A DNA stretch of 64,000 bases from Patescibacteria group bacterium (GCA_041650915.1 JBAZKE010000002.1:80638-144637), one strand, 5' to 3'; positions 47,461 through 58,203 are shown, counted from the stretch's first letter. A program made the numbers and translations. The notes: generated from the sequence alone by a model not told the origin.

Positions 47461-47892
47461 CTACCCGTCGGCATGTACGAGCCGGCGGAGGTACCGCCGC
47501 TCTTCCGAACGGATGAGCCACAGCACCCCCACGATGGCAGCTGTATCAATAAAATACAGGTGGCCGGTAAACGCCGGCGGAATGATGAGCAGCAAATCCT
47601 TCCACCGAAAAAATTCGGCAATAAAAGGATGTGATGAACGGTCGCCGCGGAATGCGCTGAGTTCAACGTACGCCTTCCTGCTCCGCTTGATCGCCCGATA
47701 GTACATCCGGTATACGATCCCCGTGCCGATGAGTACGAACGCAAAAATCCAGACATACCATGGAGACGAAACCTCGATCTTTGCCATGACGGTAATAACA
47801 ACGCTCATTCCGAGCAGAATGTCCCACAGCGTATCGGCACGGTGTTCATACTGGTTAAAGGCACGAACCGCTTGTTGAAATTCCCTAGTCAT
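47461..47892 (-). CDS. hypothetical membrane protein
   Basis: MTREFQQ start overlaps the upstream stop; about four TM segments. Confidence 0.6.
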   Translation of the reverse strand: MTREFQQAVRAFNQYEHRADTLWDILLGMSVVITVMAKIEVSSPWYVWIFAFVLIGTGIVYRMYYRAIKRSRKAYVELSAFRGDRSSHPFIAEFFRWKDLLLIIPPAFTGHLYFIDTAAIVGVLWLIRSEERRYLRRLVHADG

Positions 47893-49396
47893 CGGCACCC
47901 CCCTTCCGTACAGAAAAAATAGTGACATTTCCAATGCTGTGCCGCGTAATGCCGCTGGAAGAGATGAACCACTCAGGGGGCGCAGCGGAAAAACCGACAA
48001 CCGCCGCGTACTCCAGCCCGGCCTCCTGCGCTGCCGGCGAGAGTCCGGCCCGCTCAAAAAGGTATGTATAGCCCGAATCGTACGCTCCGACAGGCAGGCT
48101 CACAAACACAAACGGTTCGCCCCTGCTGTCATCATGAATGTACTCCACGGCAGACTCCATTTCCGAAAGGGTGATGGGGTACGAGCTTGCTCTCGATCCT
48201 CCGGGAGAGAGGTCACGAAGCAGTATGACCGAATAGTACAGCTGTAATCCCGCCAGCCCGAAGAGTAACCCGAAGAGCGGAATTCGCAGCGATCTAGCGC
48301 GCCAACCGTACCCGAAAACCCACCCGAAAAAAATAAACGGCAGTGGAAAAACGATGCAGAAGTAGTGTACCGGTATCTTCGCCTGATACAGTACGTACGA
48401 ACAGAGCGGCAGCACGAGCCAGATCAGCATGAGCGTCCCTGCGACGTGCCGGCGTTTTCGTTTAACCGCGGCAGCAAGCTCAGCGAGCAACACCGCCGCC
48501 GAAGCGGCTGCCAGTGCATAGAACAGCACGGCTGATTGCTTGTGGGTCAGGCTCTCAAACCAAAAATCCCTGACGACGTTCTTCGCCTCCCGCGCACGCT
48601 CAAAAAGGCTCACTGGATTGTCTGTCTCCGACTGGGTGAGTATTTGTGTGAACCCGTTAACATTTTGGAAGCCGTGCGTCACGTCGTACGCAATCATCGG
48701 CGCATTCAGCGCTACAATAATCGCGGCCGCAGCTGCGTACTTCTGCCACGGAATCCGCGGACGGAAAATGATAAAATAAACAACGAGCATTGCCGGTACG
48801 AGAATCAGCGCTGTGCCGTGCAGCTGAACCACAAGACCGACTGCGACTGCAAGCACGTACAGGTACCATGCACTCTTCCGGTTGCGTTCCAGGTGCGCGA
48901 GCTCATACAGCGAGAGGAATATGAGGAGCATAAAAAACGGAACGACGTTCGGATGCCATACCCAGCGCCCGTAGTACACCATGAGGTAGCTCGCCGAAAA
49001 GAGCGCTGCGGCAGACAGGCCGGCAGCGGCATTCACAAACTTTTTTCCGACAAGGTACACGAGCACAATGCTCGCGCTCGTCACGAGCGCCGCGGCGGCA
49101 GCGCCACCGGCTGGCGACAGTCCGCTCATCCAGTAGAAGGGCACGAGCAGGTAGTAAAAAAACGGTCCAAGGTGGAAGCCCGACCAATTGTTCGGCGCTG
49201 CAGGCCCGAGGGCAACGAGATCTTCTCCCGTTGCAATGCTGCGGACAACGCGGGCCACATTTCCCTCATCCTGACCAAAGTGCATCCAGCCGCCAACCTG
49301 GTAAAGCCGGAGTGCCGACCCTGCCAGGACGATAATGACCAGGAGCGCAAATTCGATCCTGTTCCTACGAATCCAGCTGAGTGCCCGCTGTACCAT
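47885..49396 (-). CDS. GT39/ArnT-like membrane glycosyltransferase
   Basis: LRLY...FGQDE, GPFFYYL, WHPN and QLH motifs. Confidence 0.85.
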   Translation of the reverse strand: MVQRALSWIRRNRIEFALLVIIVLAGSALRLYQVGGWMHFGQDEGNVARVVRSIATGEDLVALGPAAPNNWSGFHLGPFFYYLLVPFYWMSGLSPAGGAAAAALVTSASIVLVYLVGKKFVNAAAGLSAAALFSASYLMVYYGRWVWHPNVVPFFMLLIFLSLYELAHLERNRKSAWYLYVLAVAVGLVVQLHGTALILVPAMLVVYFIIFRPRIPWQKYAAAAAIIVALNAPMIAYDVTHGFQNVNGFTQILTQSETDNPVSLFERAREAKNVVRDFWFESLTHKQSAVLFYALAAASAAVLLAELAAAVKRKRRHVAGTLMLIWLVLPLCSYVLYQAKIPVHYFCIVFPLPFIFFGWVFGYGWRARSLRIPLFGLLFGLAGLQLYYSVILLRDLSPGGSRASSYPITLSEMESAVEYIHDDSRGEPFVFVSLPVGAYDSGYTYLFERAGLSPAAQEAGLEYAAVVGFSAAPPEWFISSSGITRHSIGNVTIFSVRKGGADD

Positions 49397-50810
49397 GAAA
49401 TCTAAAAATTAAATTCTGGCATGTAACCATCAATCCAATGAGGAACCAGACGTGGACAATGTAGAGCGTCGAGAACGTCTGATACTGCACGATCGTTCCG
49501 ATGAACGCCGCAACGAGGCCGACCATGAGCGCCCGCAAGTACGTATTCGGTGTGAGTCGCACCGCGCGTACCGAACGCACAATAAGCACCGCGATGAGTG
49601 CGAGAAAAGCAGTGAAGCCGAGAATGCCATTCTCAGCGAGCACTTCAATAAATTCATTATTGACGATGCGCCATCCGTCTTTCGGCACGTAGTAGGGATG
49701 CGGGGCAGCATACGGGCCGAATGATCCGGGTCCGATCCCGATAACCGGATGGCCTCTCCACGCAGCGTACGCCTGCTCAAATGTCACGATCCTCTCATCA
49801 TACGACGCGCCGTAGAATGCGTTGACGACGTGCGCTTCGAACTTTTCGATGGTAAAGAGCTCCCCGCTCGAGCTGAGGGTCTGCACGACAATCCACCCGA
49901 CGAGTGCAATTGCAGCAACGAGGATGATCACATTCCGGGGAGTAAAAAGTTTCTTAAAGAAAAAAATGCTGACGACAAAGAGCGCTGCGGCCATCGCGAG
50001 GTACCCGCCGCGAGAGACTGTCAGCACGAGATTGACTGCTCCGAGGCCGAAGAGGGCGATCAGCCAGCCGACACGTACGACGTTCGTACCGACGAGGAAA
50101 AAGGCGAACAGAACTGAGACGGGGATGAGAAGGTAGTTTGCAAAATAGAGCGGCTCGTACGCGGTAGATTGTACGCGGGTAAAACCCAGGATATCCTTCG
50201 AGTACAAGTCACGCAGGCCGGTGACCTCAGGCGGGAGCCCGGTCATATCACCGAGAAACTGGAACAGCCCAAAAATCGACACGGCGACGAAAGCGATGAG
50301 AAGCGCCGCGAGGATGCGGCGCATGTTGCGCTCCGTCAGAACTAAATTTGGGATCACGAAAGCGAGCATTGCCGTAAAGACTATATAGCCGAGAATGGTC
50401 AGCGAGCGCCCGAGATTCACGGCATTCATCAGAGAAAAAACGTTGACCGCCAAGAAAATTCCGAGCGGAATGAGTGCGGGATTCTTTGCAAAATGAAATT
50501 GCTTTTTCTGTGCCGCGTAAACGGCCCAGGCAGCTGTAGTCACCGCTAAAAAAATTTGGCTTATCCTGATTGTCATATCGCCGAACTCATACGCCCCGAT
50601 CCGCTCAAAGGGAAGTGCGAGCGCAATGAGCACGATTCCCGTAGCCGGATCCCGGATAATGAGCGCACATAACACCAGAAACAGCAGCCCGGCTACGACA
50701 AAAAACCAGGGGAGCGCACTCGAGCCGATTCCCATGACGATGACGGCGAGCAGCGCCACGCCCGCAACTGCCCAGTACCGCCCGTGATGTACGATGAGGC
50801 CCTTTGCCAT
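49365..50810 (-). CDS. O-antigen ligase family protein
   Basis: RVQSTAYEP..FANYL, TVSRGG, HPVIGIGPGSF, LAENGILG. Confidence 0.85.
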   Translation of the reverse strand: MAKGLIVHHGRYWAVAGVALLAVIVMGIGSSALPWFFVVAGLLFLVLCALIIRDPATGIVLIALALPFERIGAYEFGDMTIRISQIFLAVTTAAWAVYAAQKKQFHFAKNPALIPLGIFLAVNVFSLMNAVNLGRSLTILGYIVFTAMLAFVIPNLVLTERNMRRILAALLIAFVAVSIFGLFQFLGDMTGLPPEVTGLRDLYSKDILGFTRVQSTAYEPLYFANYLLIPVSVLFAFFLVGTNVVRVGWLIALFGLGAVNLVLTVSRGGYLAMAAALFVVSIFFFKKLFTPRNVIILVAAIALVGWIVVQTLSSSGELFTIEKFEAHVVNAFYGASYDERIVTFEQAYAAWRGHPVIGIGPGSFGPYAAPHPYYVPKDGWRIVNNEFIEVLAENGILGFTAFLALIAVLIVRSVRAVRLTPNTYLRALMVGLVAAFIGTIVQYQTFSTLYIVHVWFLIGLMVTCQNLIFRFHGTAGTQLDS

Positions 50811-50814
50811 ACCC

Positions 50815-51939
50815 CTACTTGCGGAATAGTAAATAAAAGTCCCGTTCCATTCGCTCGAGGCTGAAGCGCTCTTCAACCTTCACCCGCGCCCGGAGCGCCA
50901 TTTCCTTCGCCTCCGACCTATTATTGTAGAGGTAGAGGAGCTGGTCGGCAAGATCCCGCCCGCTGCCCGGCTCGGCAAGCAGCCCCGTTTTTCCCGGATC
51001 GATGATCTCCTGCGTTCCGCCGATTTTTGAAGCCACGACAGGCACGCCCGATGCCATTGCCTCAACCAGCGTCACGCCAAATGACTCCCGCTTTACCGAC
51101 GGCAGGACGTACGCGTCAAAGTACCCGTACCAGCGCTCAACCTCCCGCTGATAGCCGATCCACTGAATGATTTCCTTCAATCCGAGCTGCTCGGAGAGCC
51201 ACACGAGCTTTTTCCGCTCGCTGCCTTCGCCGACGACGATGAGCCGGACGGACGGCACGAATTCGCGGATGATGTTGATCGCCTGCAGCAAGTACTCAAT
51301 GCCCTTCTCAGATTCGAGGCGGGCAACGCATCCGACATTGAACCGCGCTGCGTGCTCCCACCGCCGCTCCCGCATCACAAAACGGCTGGTATCTACCCCG
51401 CAGTATACGAGTTTCACGCTCCGGTCAGGGACACCAATTACATTCGTGAGCTGCTCGCGAATAACGGCTGATATCGCTATAACGGTCGCGCAACGAGAAA
51501 GAAACCGGTAGAGCGGCCGCAGCGGATTCTTCGTCAGCCAGCGTTCGAACGTCACATGCTCGGCCCAGTACACCCGCATTCCGAGCATGCGCGCCGGAAG
51601 CGTCGCCGCAATTTTCTCGGTGAGCGAGAGACAGTAGACGGCGGTAACTCCCTTCCGAAAACGGTAGTACGAGAGGATGAGCGATAGATAGAGCACGGTG
51701 TATACAATGGTGAACGGCCACATGAGGAGGGCTCCTTTTGATACCGGCTCAAGCCCGACCCGCGCCCTCCGGGCATGCCACTTGCGCGCCCTGAATTCGC
51801 GGAGCAGCACCGGGCACGATGAAACGAGAAAAAAATCGAATCCCTTCTTCCGCAAACCTTCGACGAGCAGCAGCGTATGCCTTTCTCCGCCGCCGAAGAG
51901 CGAAGAGAAGGGAAATTTTAAAATGAGTATCTTTTTCAT
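50815..51939 (-). CDS. glycosyltransferase family 4
   Basis: GGGERH, RLESEKG, ESFGVTLVEAMASG. Confidence 0.92.
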   Translation of the reverse strand: MKKILILKFPFSSLFGGGERHTLLLVEGLRKKGFDFFLVSSCPVLLREFRARKWHARRARVGLEPVSKGALLMWPFTIVYTVLYLSLILSYYRFRKGVTAVYCLSLTEKIAATLPARMLGMRVYWAEHVTFERWLTKNPLRPLYRFLSRCATVIAISAVIREQLTNVIGVPDRSVKLVYCGVDTSRFVMRERRWEHAARFNVGCVARLESEKGIEYLLQAINIIREFVPSVRLIVVGEGSERKKLVWLSEQLGLKEIIQWIGYQREVERWYGYFDAYVLPSVKRESFGVTLVEAMASGVPVVASKIGGTQEIIDPGKTGLLAEPGSGRDLADQLLYLYNNRSEAKEMALRARVKVEERFSLERMERDFYLLFRK

Positions 51940-51941
51940 AG

Positions 51942-53360
51942 CTACTCTCCTGACCTTACAATTTCCCGCAGGTCACGTGCGCTGACTCCCCGCAGCATGA
52001 GCAGCGTAACAACGTACGTAACCCCCCCGAGGGCAATCTGCATGAAGAGGTTTGTGCCAGCCGCACCGTAGAGGACAATGGCCATGATTACGCATGCAGC
52101 GGCCGACTTCATGAATACCACGGGCGAAGGCCACGCCCGAGTCGCTAACGAAACGATAAGGAGTGCCGCAAGCGTTACGAGGAGTTCAGAAACGACGGTC
52201 ATGCCGGCTGCACCGAAATACGAATATCGGGGAATGAAGACGAGATACCCAACCAGCGAAATTACGGCAACGCCGAGGTATACCCACATCATAGTCAGCT
52301 GCCGACCAATTGCAACGACCGTGTTGCCGAATAGATTGCCGATGAATATCGTCGCCGTCGCAAAGATGAGCACCTTGAGCAGCGCCGCGGAGTCGTCAAA
52401 GCCCGGCGCGACGAGCTCCATCACCGGCCCGGCCACGAAGAGCGTTCCGACAACCAGCGGGAGTGCGACCATCGCCATTGCATCGAATCCGCGCCGGAGA
52501 ACCCGTTTGAAGCGCTCGTGGTCAGCTGCTGCCCATGCCGCCGTCAGCAGCGGCAGCACGAGTCCGGCAAACATCGCCGGAAGCGTCGTGAGGACCTCGA
52601 GTACCTTGTAGGCAGCGCCATAAATGCCGACTGCCTCTTCGCTGTGGTACAGGGAGAGGATTACCGTATCAATCTTGAAGTACACGAGGTTGAAAGCGAT
52701 TGAGAGCGCGATTGGCCACGTTTCTTTGATAATATTTTTCCAAACGCCAAACTCGAACACGAGCTTGATCTTCACGAAGCGACGGCTGAAAAAAAACGTC
52801 ATGAGAAAATTAACAACGCTCCCGATGACGACGGATCCCATCACCCACAGCAGGCCGCAGTCTGCGCGGATGACCAGGAACGTTGCAGCAAGCAAAAAAA
52901 TTCTTCCGATCACCTCGGCGATGACGACGCGGTCCATGCGCAGGTGCTTTTGGAATACGCCGGCCAGCGCCTGGTTAAGCGTAATGCCGAGAAACGACAG
53001 CGAGGTGACGAGCACGCCGGCCTTGATGATCGCCGGCTAGGGAAAGAAGAGCACGACGACCGGAGCGAGCCCGAGAAAAATTACAGCAGACACGAGCCGG
53101 AGCGTGAAGATGTTGCTCACGATTTGCCGCTCGTCAGTCCCCGGTTCGGAAATCTTTTTTACGAGAATAATGTACAGCCCCATGTCAACGAGCACGCCAA
53201 AAAACTGCAAGAACGCCATGATAGTCGTATACTGCCCGAAGCCGCCCTGCCCGAGGTAACGGGTCAGCATGCCAATGACGACGATGCCGATTACCGTGCT
53301 GACCCCCTTCCCAACAATTTGGACAATGGTGTTGTGCGCGATCTTTCTCGTGTACGACAT
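51942..53360 (-). pseudogene. Wzx-type flippase interrupted by an in-frame TAG at 53037-53039
   Basis: The two ORFs are in one frame (...VLFFP*PAIIKAGVLVTS...); TRYLG..GFGQY, KIDT..LS and VGIYGAAYK motifs. Confidence 0.85.
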
Positions 53361-53438
53361 CGAGTGGAGATAAAAAAATTACGCTGAAATCACTTTCGGT
53401 ACCGCTGTCATACTGTATCCTATCACTTATGACACTGA

Positions 53439-53467
53439 TTGACAATTGAAAAAAAATGTGCTAATAT
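53439..53467 (+). promoter_or_regulatory. sigma70-like promoter about 215 nt upstream of the SpoIID-domain gene
   Basis: TTGACA-N17-TAATAT with extended -10 TG. Confidence 0.65.
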
Positions 53468-53683
53468 TACCGTAGAGTACAGAAAACTCCAAAACAAAAA
53501 ATAAAAAGCTCCCAAGAATTTAAACGGGGCTCACCAGTCAGCTGACGCTGCACTAGGAAAAAAACAAAACAAAAAGTCAATAAAAACGAGATATGCGTGC
53601 ATAATGACGCACTGTAGGAGTGGGAGCATACAGCGGTGCTGTTTTTCTATCATAAAAAAATAAAAATAAATACAACCGACACC

Positions 53684-55624
53684 ATGTATAAAAAACACTA
53701 CACGCCCCTGTTCGCGATGGTTATGCTCATGATGCTCGCGCCGTTTGCATCACAAGTTCTTTCGACAAAACCGGCTGATGCCGATACGGTTGCGCATGAA
53801 GCCGTCTTTCCCGCAGGGTACGATGCCGCAACGGCCGTCAGCATGACCGATATCATCAGCACGGGTTATGTTGGCCAGTACCGGTGGATTGAAATGCCCG
53901 AGCGGGCCAGGAATCCTCAGGTGCTCGGCATTTCGACTGTCGCGAGCCCGCCACCGGCATACCGCGCGGAAGTCGTCGAAAAGAGCCACGGTTACCTTAC
54001 CCTCAGTCCCGGTCAGTCCATCACTGTCTGGGTTGATTTTTTAAATACCGGCGGAGCAACATGGCGCAGGACGGGCGATCATTTCGTTGCACTCAATGTT
54101 GCCGGGCCTGCCGGCCGTGACAGCTTATTCCGGCACGCATTCTGGAATGAGTACTACTACCGTCCGGCCCGGCTCTTGCAGGACGAAGTGAAACCAGGCG
54201 AGATGGGCAGGTTTCGTTTTGCGCTGCAGGCTCCTGCAACGGTAGCGACGTACCTCGAAGAATTCCACCTCGTTGCCGAGAACCTCACCTGGATCGAGGG
54301 GGGATATACAAACTTTACCATCGGAGTCGGCCAGAATCCGGAGAACGTTCCCCAGTACCGGGCGCAGGAAGTGGAACGGAGCATTGGCGGCATGATCGCG
54401 GTTGAGCCTGGAGCGGAGTTTACCTTCTGGGTTGACTTCAAAAACACTGGAACAAAAACGTGGTACAACACGGGCAGCCGGTTCATCGCGCTCAATGTAA
54501 CAAATCCCGTCGGCAGGGTCAGCCCGTTCAAACACGACTACTGGAATGAGTACTACTACCGCCCGGCTCGGCTCGAGCAAAGTGCCGTACACCCCGGCGA
54601 AACGGGACGGTTTCGCTTTGCCCTCACGGTGCCGAATGTAGACGATTACTACGTTGAATCATTCGGCCTCGTCGCGGAAAATTTCCAATGGATTGCAGGT
54701 GGATCGCTTACGCTCGGATTCAAGGTTGGCGATCCGCCGGCCATTGAACCGGTCTACGCCATTGAAGACGAACCGGCGATCAGGGTCGGATTGTACGCAA
54801 CCGACGAACCGGTGAACATTACGGCGAGCACACCATACTCGGTGACCGACGTGGCAGCTGATGAGACAACGAGCATGCCTGCCGACGAGATAACGAAAGT
54901 GAATATCACCGACGGCACGTACGTCCGCATCATACCGCAGAGCGCCGATGGCATCGTAACCGTGACAAACTGCGACAATTCCCCGCTCTGGAACTCCTCG
55001 CTCAACGACAACACGTTCCGCGGCACGATCGAAGTGCGCTACTCAGAAGAAGCAGATACGACGTGGGTCATCAACGAACTCCCGCTCGAATCATACCTGC
55101 GCGGACTCGCCGAGGTATCCAACGGCCAGCCCGACGAGTACCTCAAGGCGCTCATCACCGCAGCGCGATCGTATGCGCTATGGCATATGCTGAACGGAGG
55201 CAAGCATCCGGACGAATTCTACGACATCAACGCAACGACCGACCAGGTATACCGTGGGTACGGATTTGAGCAGCGCTCGGAAGATCCGCTCAGCGCGGTC
55301 ATCGCAACGACCGGTACGGTCATTACGCATCCCGATGCCGTATCCCAGATCAACCCCGACGGCGTTGCGATCGCGGCATACTCATCCGGCACCGACGGTC
55401 GGACCCGGAACTGGACCGAGGTATGGGCGGGGAGCGGATTTCCCTGGCTTGTATCGGTCGACGACCCGCATGGCGCGATTCCGAATTGGAATACGCTCCA
55501 AGGCAACCACATGGTCGGCATGTCGGCGATGGGCGCGCGCGGGTATGCGGTCGAAGAACTAAAAACGTACGACTGGATACTCAAACACTACTACACCGGC
55601 GTAGCGGTCGAAAAACTATACTAG
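53684..55624 (+). CDS. SpoIID/LytB-domain cell wall protein with two Ig-like repeats
   Basis: INELPLESYLRGLAE, KAL..AARSYA, DQVYRG, HMVGMS..GA, ILKHYY.GV. Confidence 0.92.
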   Translation: MYKKHYTPLFAMVMLMMLAPFASQVLSTKPADADTVAHEAVFPAGYDAATAVSMTDIISTGYVGQYRWIEMPERARNPQVLGISTVASPPPAYRAEVVEKSHGYLTLSPGQSITVWVDFLNTGGATWRRTGDHFVALNVAGPAGRDSLFRHAFWNEYYYRPARLLQDEVKPGEMGRFRFALQAPATVATYLEEFHLVAENLTWIEGGYTNFTIGVGQNPENVPQYRAQEVERSIGGMIAVEPGAEFTFWVDFKNTGTKTWYNTGSRFIALNVTNPVGRVSPFKHDYWNEYYYRPARLEQSAVHPGETGRFRFALTVPNVDDYYVESFGLVAENFQWIAGGSLTLGFKVGDPPAIEPVYAIEDEPAIRVGLYATDEPVNITASTPYSVTDVAADETTSMPADEITKVNITDGTYVRIIPQSADGIVTVTNCDNSPLWNSSLNDNTFRGTIEVRYSEEADTTWVINELPLESYLRGLAEVSNGQPDEYLKALITAARSYALWHMLNGGKHPDEFYDINATTDQVYRGYGFEQRSEDPLSAVIATTGTVITHPDAVSQINPDGVAIAAYSSGTDGRTRNWTEVWAGSGFPWLVSVDDPHGAIPNWNTLQGNHMVGMSAMGARGYAVEELKTYDWILKHYYTGVAVEKLY

Positions 55625-55807
55625 GCGGTTGGGTAGTAACGGTGCCCGCAAGTATGGTAGAATGTACCATGCGGAACGTTTGACATGCGCAACAGCATAC
55701 CCATCACGAAACTGGAGTCAGTACAAGGCCTGGGCCGGACGATCAACGACAGAGGAAAGGGGAGCTGGTGAGGGGTGCGCTTGGGCTGCCCCCTTACAAA
55801 AAACACT

Positions 55808-56476
55808 ATGACAATCATCGGCCCCAACATGGAAGTGACTGAGTACGACTGGGATCACATGAAAGCCGAACTCGAGAACTACTCCCGCGGCAAATTTTGG
55901 CCTGACTACACGTGGCATGCCGCACGCATGGCCGTCATCGACCCTGAACGCTTCAAAGAAGTGCTCATCACCGATAACGAATGGGTTGGTATGCTCCGCC
56001 AGCTCGAGAACTACCGGCGCCAGGAAAATTGGGATGCCTTTGCGGCACGGCTCGCACGGATGAAAATTATCGATCAGGAGCGGGCGAAAGATATTGACGT
56101 TACCGATGAGCAGTGGAGCAAGCTGTACGCGATCCTCAAAAAAACGGTCGCGATGAACAACTGGACCCTTTTCGCATCGCACGCGCACCACATGAAGACG
56201 ATTGATCCGGAACGGTTTCAAAAAATCCAAATCGAGGACAAAGCATGGAATGGAATGGTGGGCATGCTCAATGACTACCGGACGCAGGACATCCGCGGAA
56301 AGTTCACCAAGCACGCGTCATACATGAAAACGATCGTGCCTGACCGAGCAAAAGAAATCCGCATATCCGCAAATGACTGGGAGCAAATCGCCCTTGAGCT
56401 ACAGCTGAAACGCCAAAAAAACTACTGGGCGGCTTTTGCCGCCCAGGCGAGCAGAATAAAAACATTGCTCGAGTAA
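55808..56476 (+). CDS. hypothetical protein made of five 44-aa Trp-containing repeats
   Basis: Repeating IxDxxWxxMxxxLxxY....WxxFAxHAxxMKxIDPER. Confidence 0.8.
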   Translation: MTIIGPNMEVTEYDWDHMKAELENYSRGKFWPDYTWHAARMAVIDPERFKEVLITDNEWVGMLRQLENYRRQENWDAFAARLARMKIIDQERAKDIDVTDEQWSKLYAILKKTVAMNNWTLFASHAHHMKTIDPERFQKIQIEDKAWNGMVGMLNDYRTQDIRGKFTKHASYMKTIVPDRAKEIRISANDWEQIALELQLKRQKNYWAAFAAQASRIKTLLE

Positions 56477-56481
56477 CAACC

Positions 56482-57129
56482 ATGCAGCCTATTCAAAAAC
56501 AGATGTGGGGTGCCTCGCTGGCTACAGCGGCTATTTTGCTCGTGGCGCTGCTCGTCTATGCGTTCATCTACCATGGTGCGGCCGGTCTCCTCGCAATCAG
56601 CCAGGCCGTAGCAGGCGCAGCTGGCTTTCTTATTGGCATATCATTCCTCCTGGGGCCCCTCGCTTATTTTTACAAACCAGTAAGCCTCACGGTGGCATAC
56701 CGCAAGTACATCGGCTTGACCGGATTCTGGCTCGCGCTCGCATACTCTGTCCTGCTCATGTTCGTTGATTCGGACACATACTACGCCAATCTCTTCGCTA
56801 ACGTCGATAGCGCCGAAGTGCTGCTCGGCCTTATCGCTATTGCTATCCTCGCGTTCATGGCGCTCATTTCAAACCAGTGGGGCATCAGGCTGCTCGGCCC
56901 GAAACGCTGGCGGTGGGGTTTGCGGCTCGGATATATCGCGTATACGCTCCTCGTCGTGCGCGGATACCTGTTAGAAAAAAATATCTGGCACGACTGGATC
57001 GTCGGCGCCACTGGCGGCCTGCCGCCGCCGCGGCTCATACTCACGCTCTTCGCGCTCTCGGTCATGCTCCTCCGAATTGTTGTCATGATACAAAAAAAAT
57101 GGAAAAAAGAGCGCCTGCAGAGCGGGTGA
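56482..57129 (+). CDS. ferric reductase-like/MsrQ(YedZ)-like membrane protein lacking the heme His ligands
   Basis: RKYIGLTGF, MALISN...RLLGPKRW..LRLGY. Confidence 0.75.
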   Translation: MQPIQKQMWGASLATAAILLVALLVYAFIYHGAAGLLAISQAVAGAAGFLIGISFLLGPLAYFYKPVSLTVAYRKYIGLTGFWLALAYSVLLMFVDSDTYYANLFANVDSAEVLLGLIAIAILAFMALISNQWGIRLLGPKRWRWGLRLGYIAYTLLVVRGYLLEKNIWHDWIVGATGGLPPPRLILTLFALSVMLLRIVVMIQKKWKKERLQSG

Positions 57130-57189
57130 GCGCCACTGGTACGCGGCCATTATGCAGCGGCAGCCTGCATGAATGAAAACTGCCGCGCT

Positions 57190-58203
57190 CTACTGAATAA
57201 ACATTCCGTCGCCAAAGCTGTAGAACCGGTACTTTTTCCGTATCGCCTTTCTATACGTGTCGAGTATGAGCGTTCTGCCGGCAAATGCCGAAACCAGCAT
57301 GAGCAGGGTTGACCGGGGGAGGTGAAAATTTGTCACCATAGCGTCGACGAATCTGAACCGGTAGCCGGGATACATAAACGTATCGAGCCATCCGCGGTAT
57401 GCGTTTTTTCTGCGCGGCGCCATGACGCTCTCGAGTACACGGACCGATGTCGTGCCGACCGCGATAATCCTCCTGCCCTCACGTTTTGCACTCGCAAGGC
57501 GCCCCACCGTCTGCGCGTCAACCTCTGCGTATTCTGCGTGGATCTTATGTCGCTCAATAGTCAATTCTTTAACCGGCTGAAACGTGCCGAGCCCAACGTG
57601 CAGCGTGACGTACTCGAGCTGGACGCCCCTGCGCGTGAGCTCCCGCAGTAACCGCCTGGTAAAATGAAATCCGGCGGTCGGTGCTGCGGCAGAACCTACC
57701 TTTTTTGCATACACGGTCTGGTAGTCGGACATCCGTGCTCGCCGCTTGACATACGGCGGCGTCGGCGTGCTGCCGATTTTTTCCGCTATAGCGAACACGT
57801 CTTTCGCGGCCTTATTAAAGCGAGCATGCCATGCGCCGCTGTCCCGTTGTCCAATCGGCGTACACCGCAATCCTTCGCCAAATGAAATTTCTAAACCTGC
57901 CCGGCGCACTTTTCCGCCGATAAGCACCTCCCACACCCTGCCGCGCAGCGGCCGAAGCAAAAAAACCTCATTCTTCCCTCCGGTAGGCCGCCTGCCGATA
58001 AGGCGGGCAGGAAATACCTTCGAATCATTGAAAACGAGCACATCGCCAGGCCGGAGGTAACGGGTAAAATGTGCAAACGTATCGTGCCGGATACGCAGCG
58101 TTTTTCTGTCCACCACGAGCAGTCTCGAACTGTCACGCGGCCGGGCCGGCCGCTGTGCGATACACTCCTTCGGCAGCCGATAATCAAATAGTGCAGTCTT
58201 CAT
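57190..58203 (-). CDS. queA: S-adenosylmethionine:tRNA ribosyltransferase-isomerase
   Basis: FDYRLP...IAQ, YQTVYA, AAPTAGFHF, TNFHLP, YRFYSFGD. Confidence 0.97.
   Translation of the reverse strand: MKTALFDYRLPKECIAQRPARPRDSSRLLVVDRKTLRIRHDTFAHFTRYLRPGDVLVFNDSKVFPARLIGRRPTGGKNEVFLLRPLRGRVWEVLIGGKVRRAGLEISFGEGLRCTPIGQRDSGAWHARFNKAAKDVFAIAEKIGSTPTPPYVKRRARMSDYQTVYAKKVGSAAAPTAGFHFTRRLLRELTRRGVQLEYVTLHVGLGTFQPVKELTIERHKIHAEYAEVDAQTVGRLASAKREGRRIIAVGTTSVRVLESVMAPRRKNAYRGWLDTFMYPGYRFRFVDAMVTNFHLPRSTLLMLVSAFAGRTLILDTYRKAIRKKYRFYSFGDGMFIQ

Noticed and set aside
53037-53039. Stop-codon reassignment or pyrrolysine
   Set aside because: TAG, TGA and TAA all end conserved genes here, and no pyl genes or suppressor tRNA are seen.
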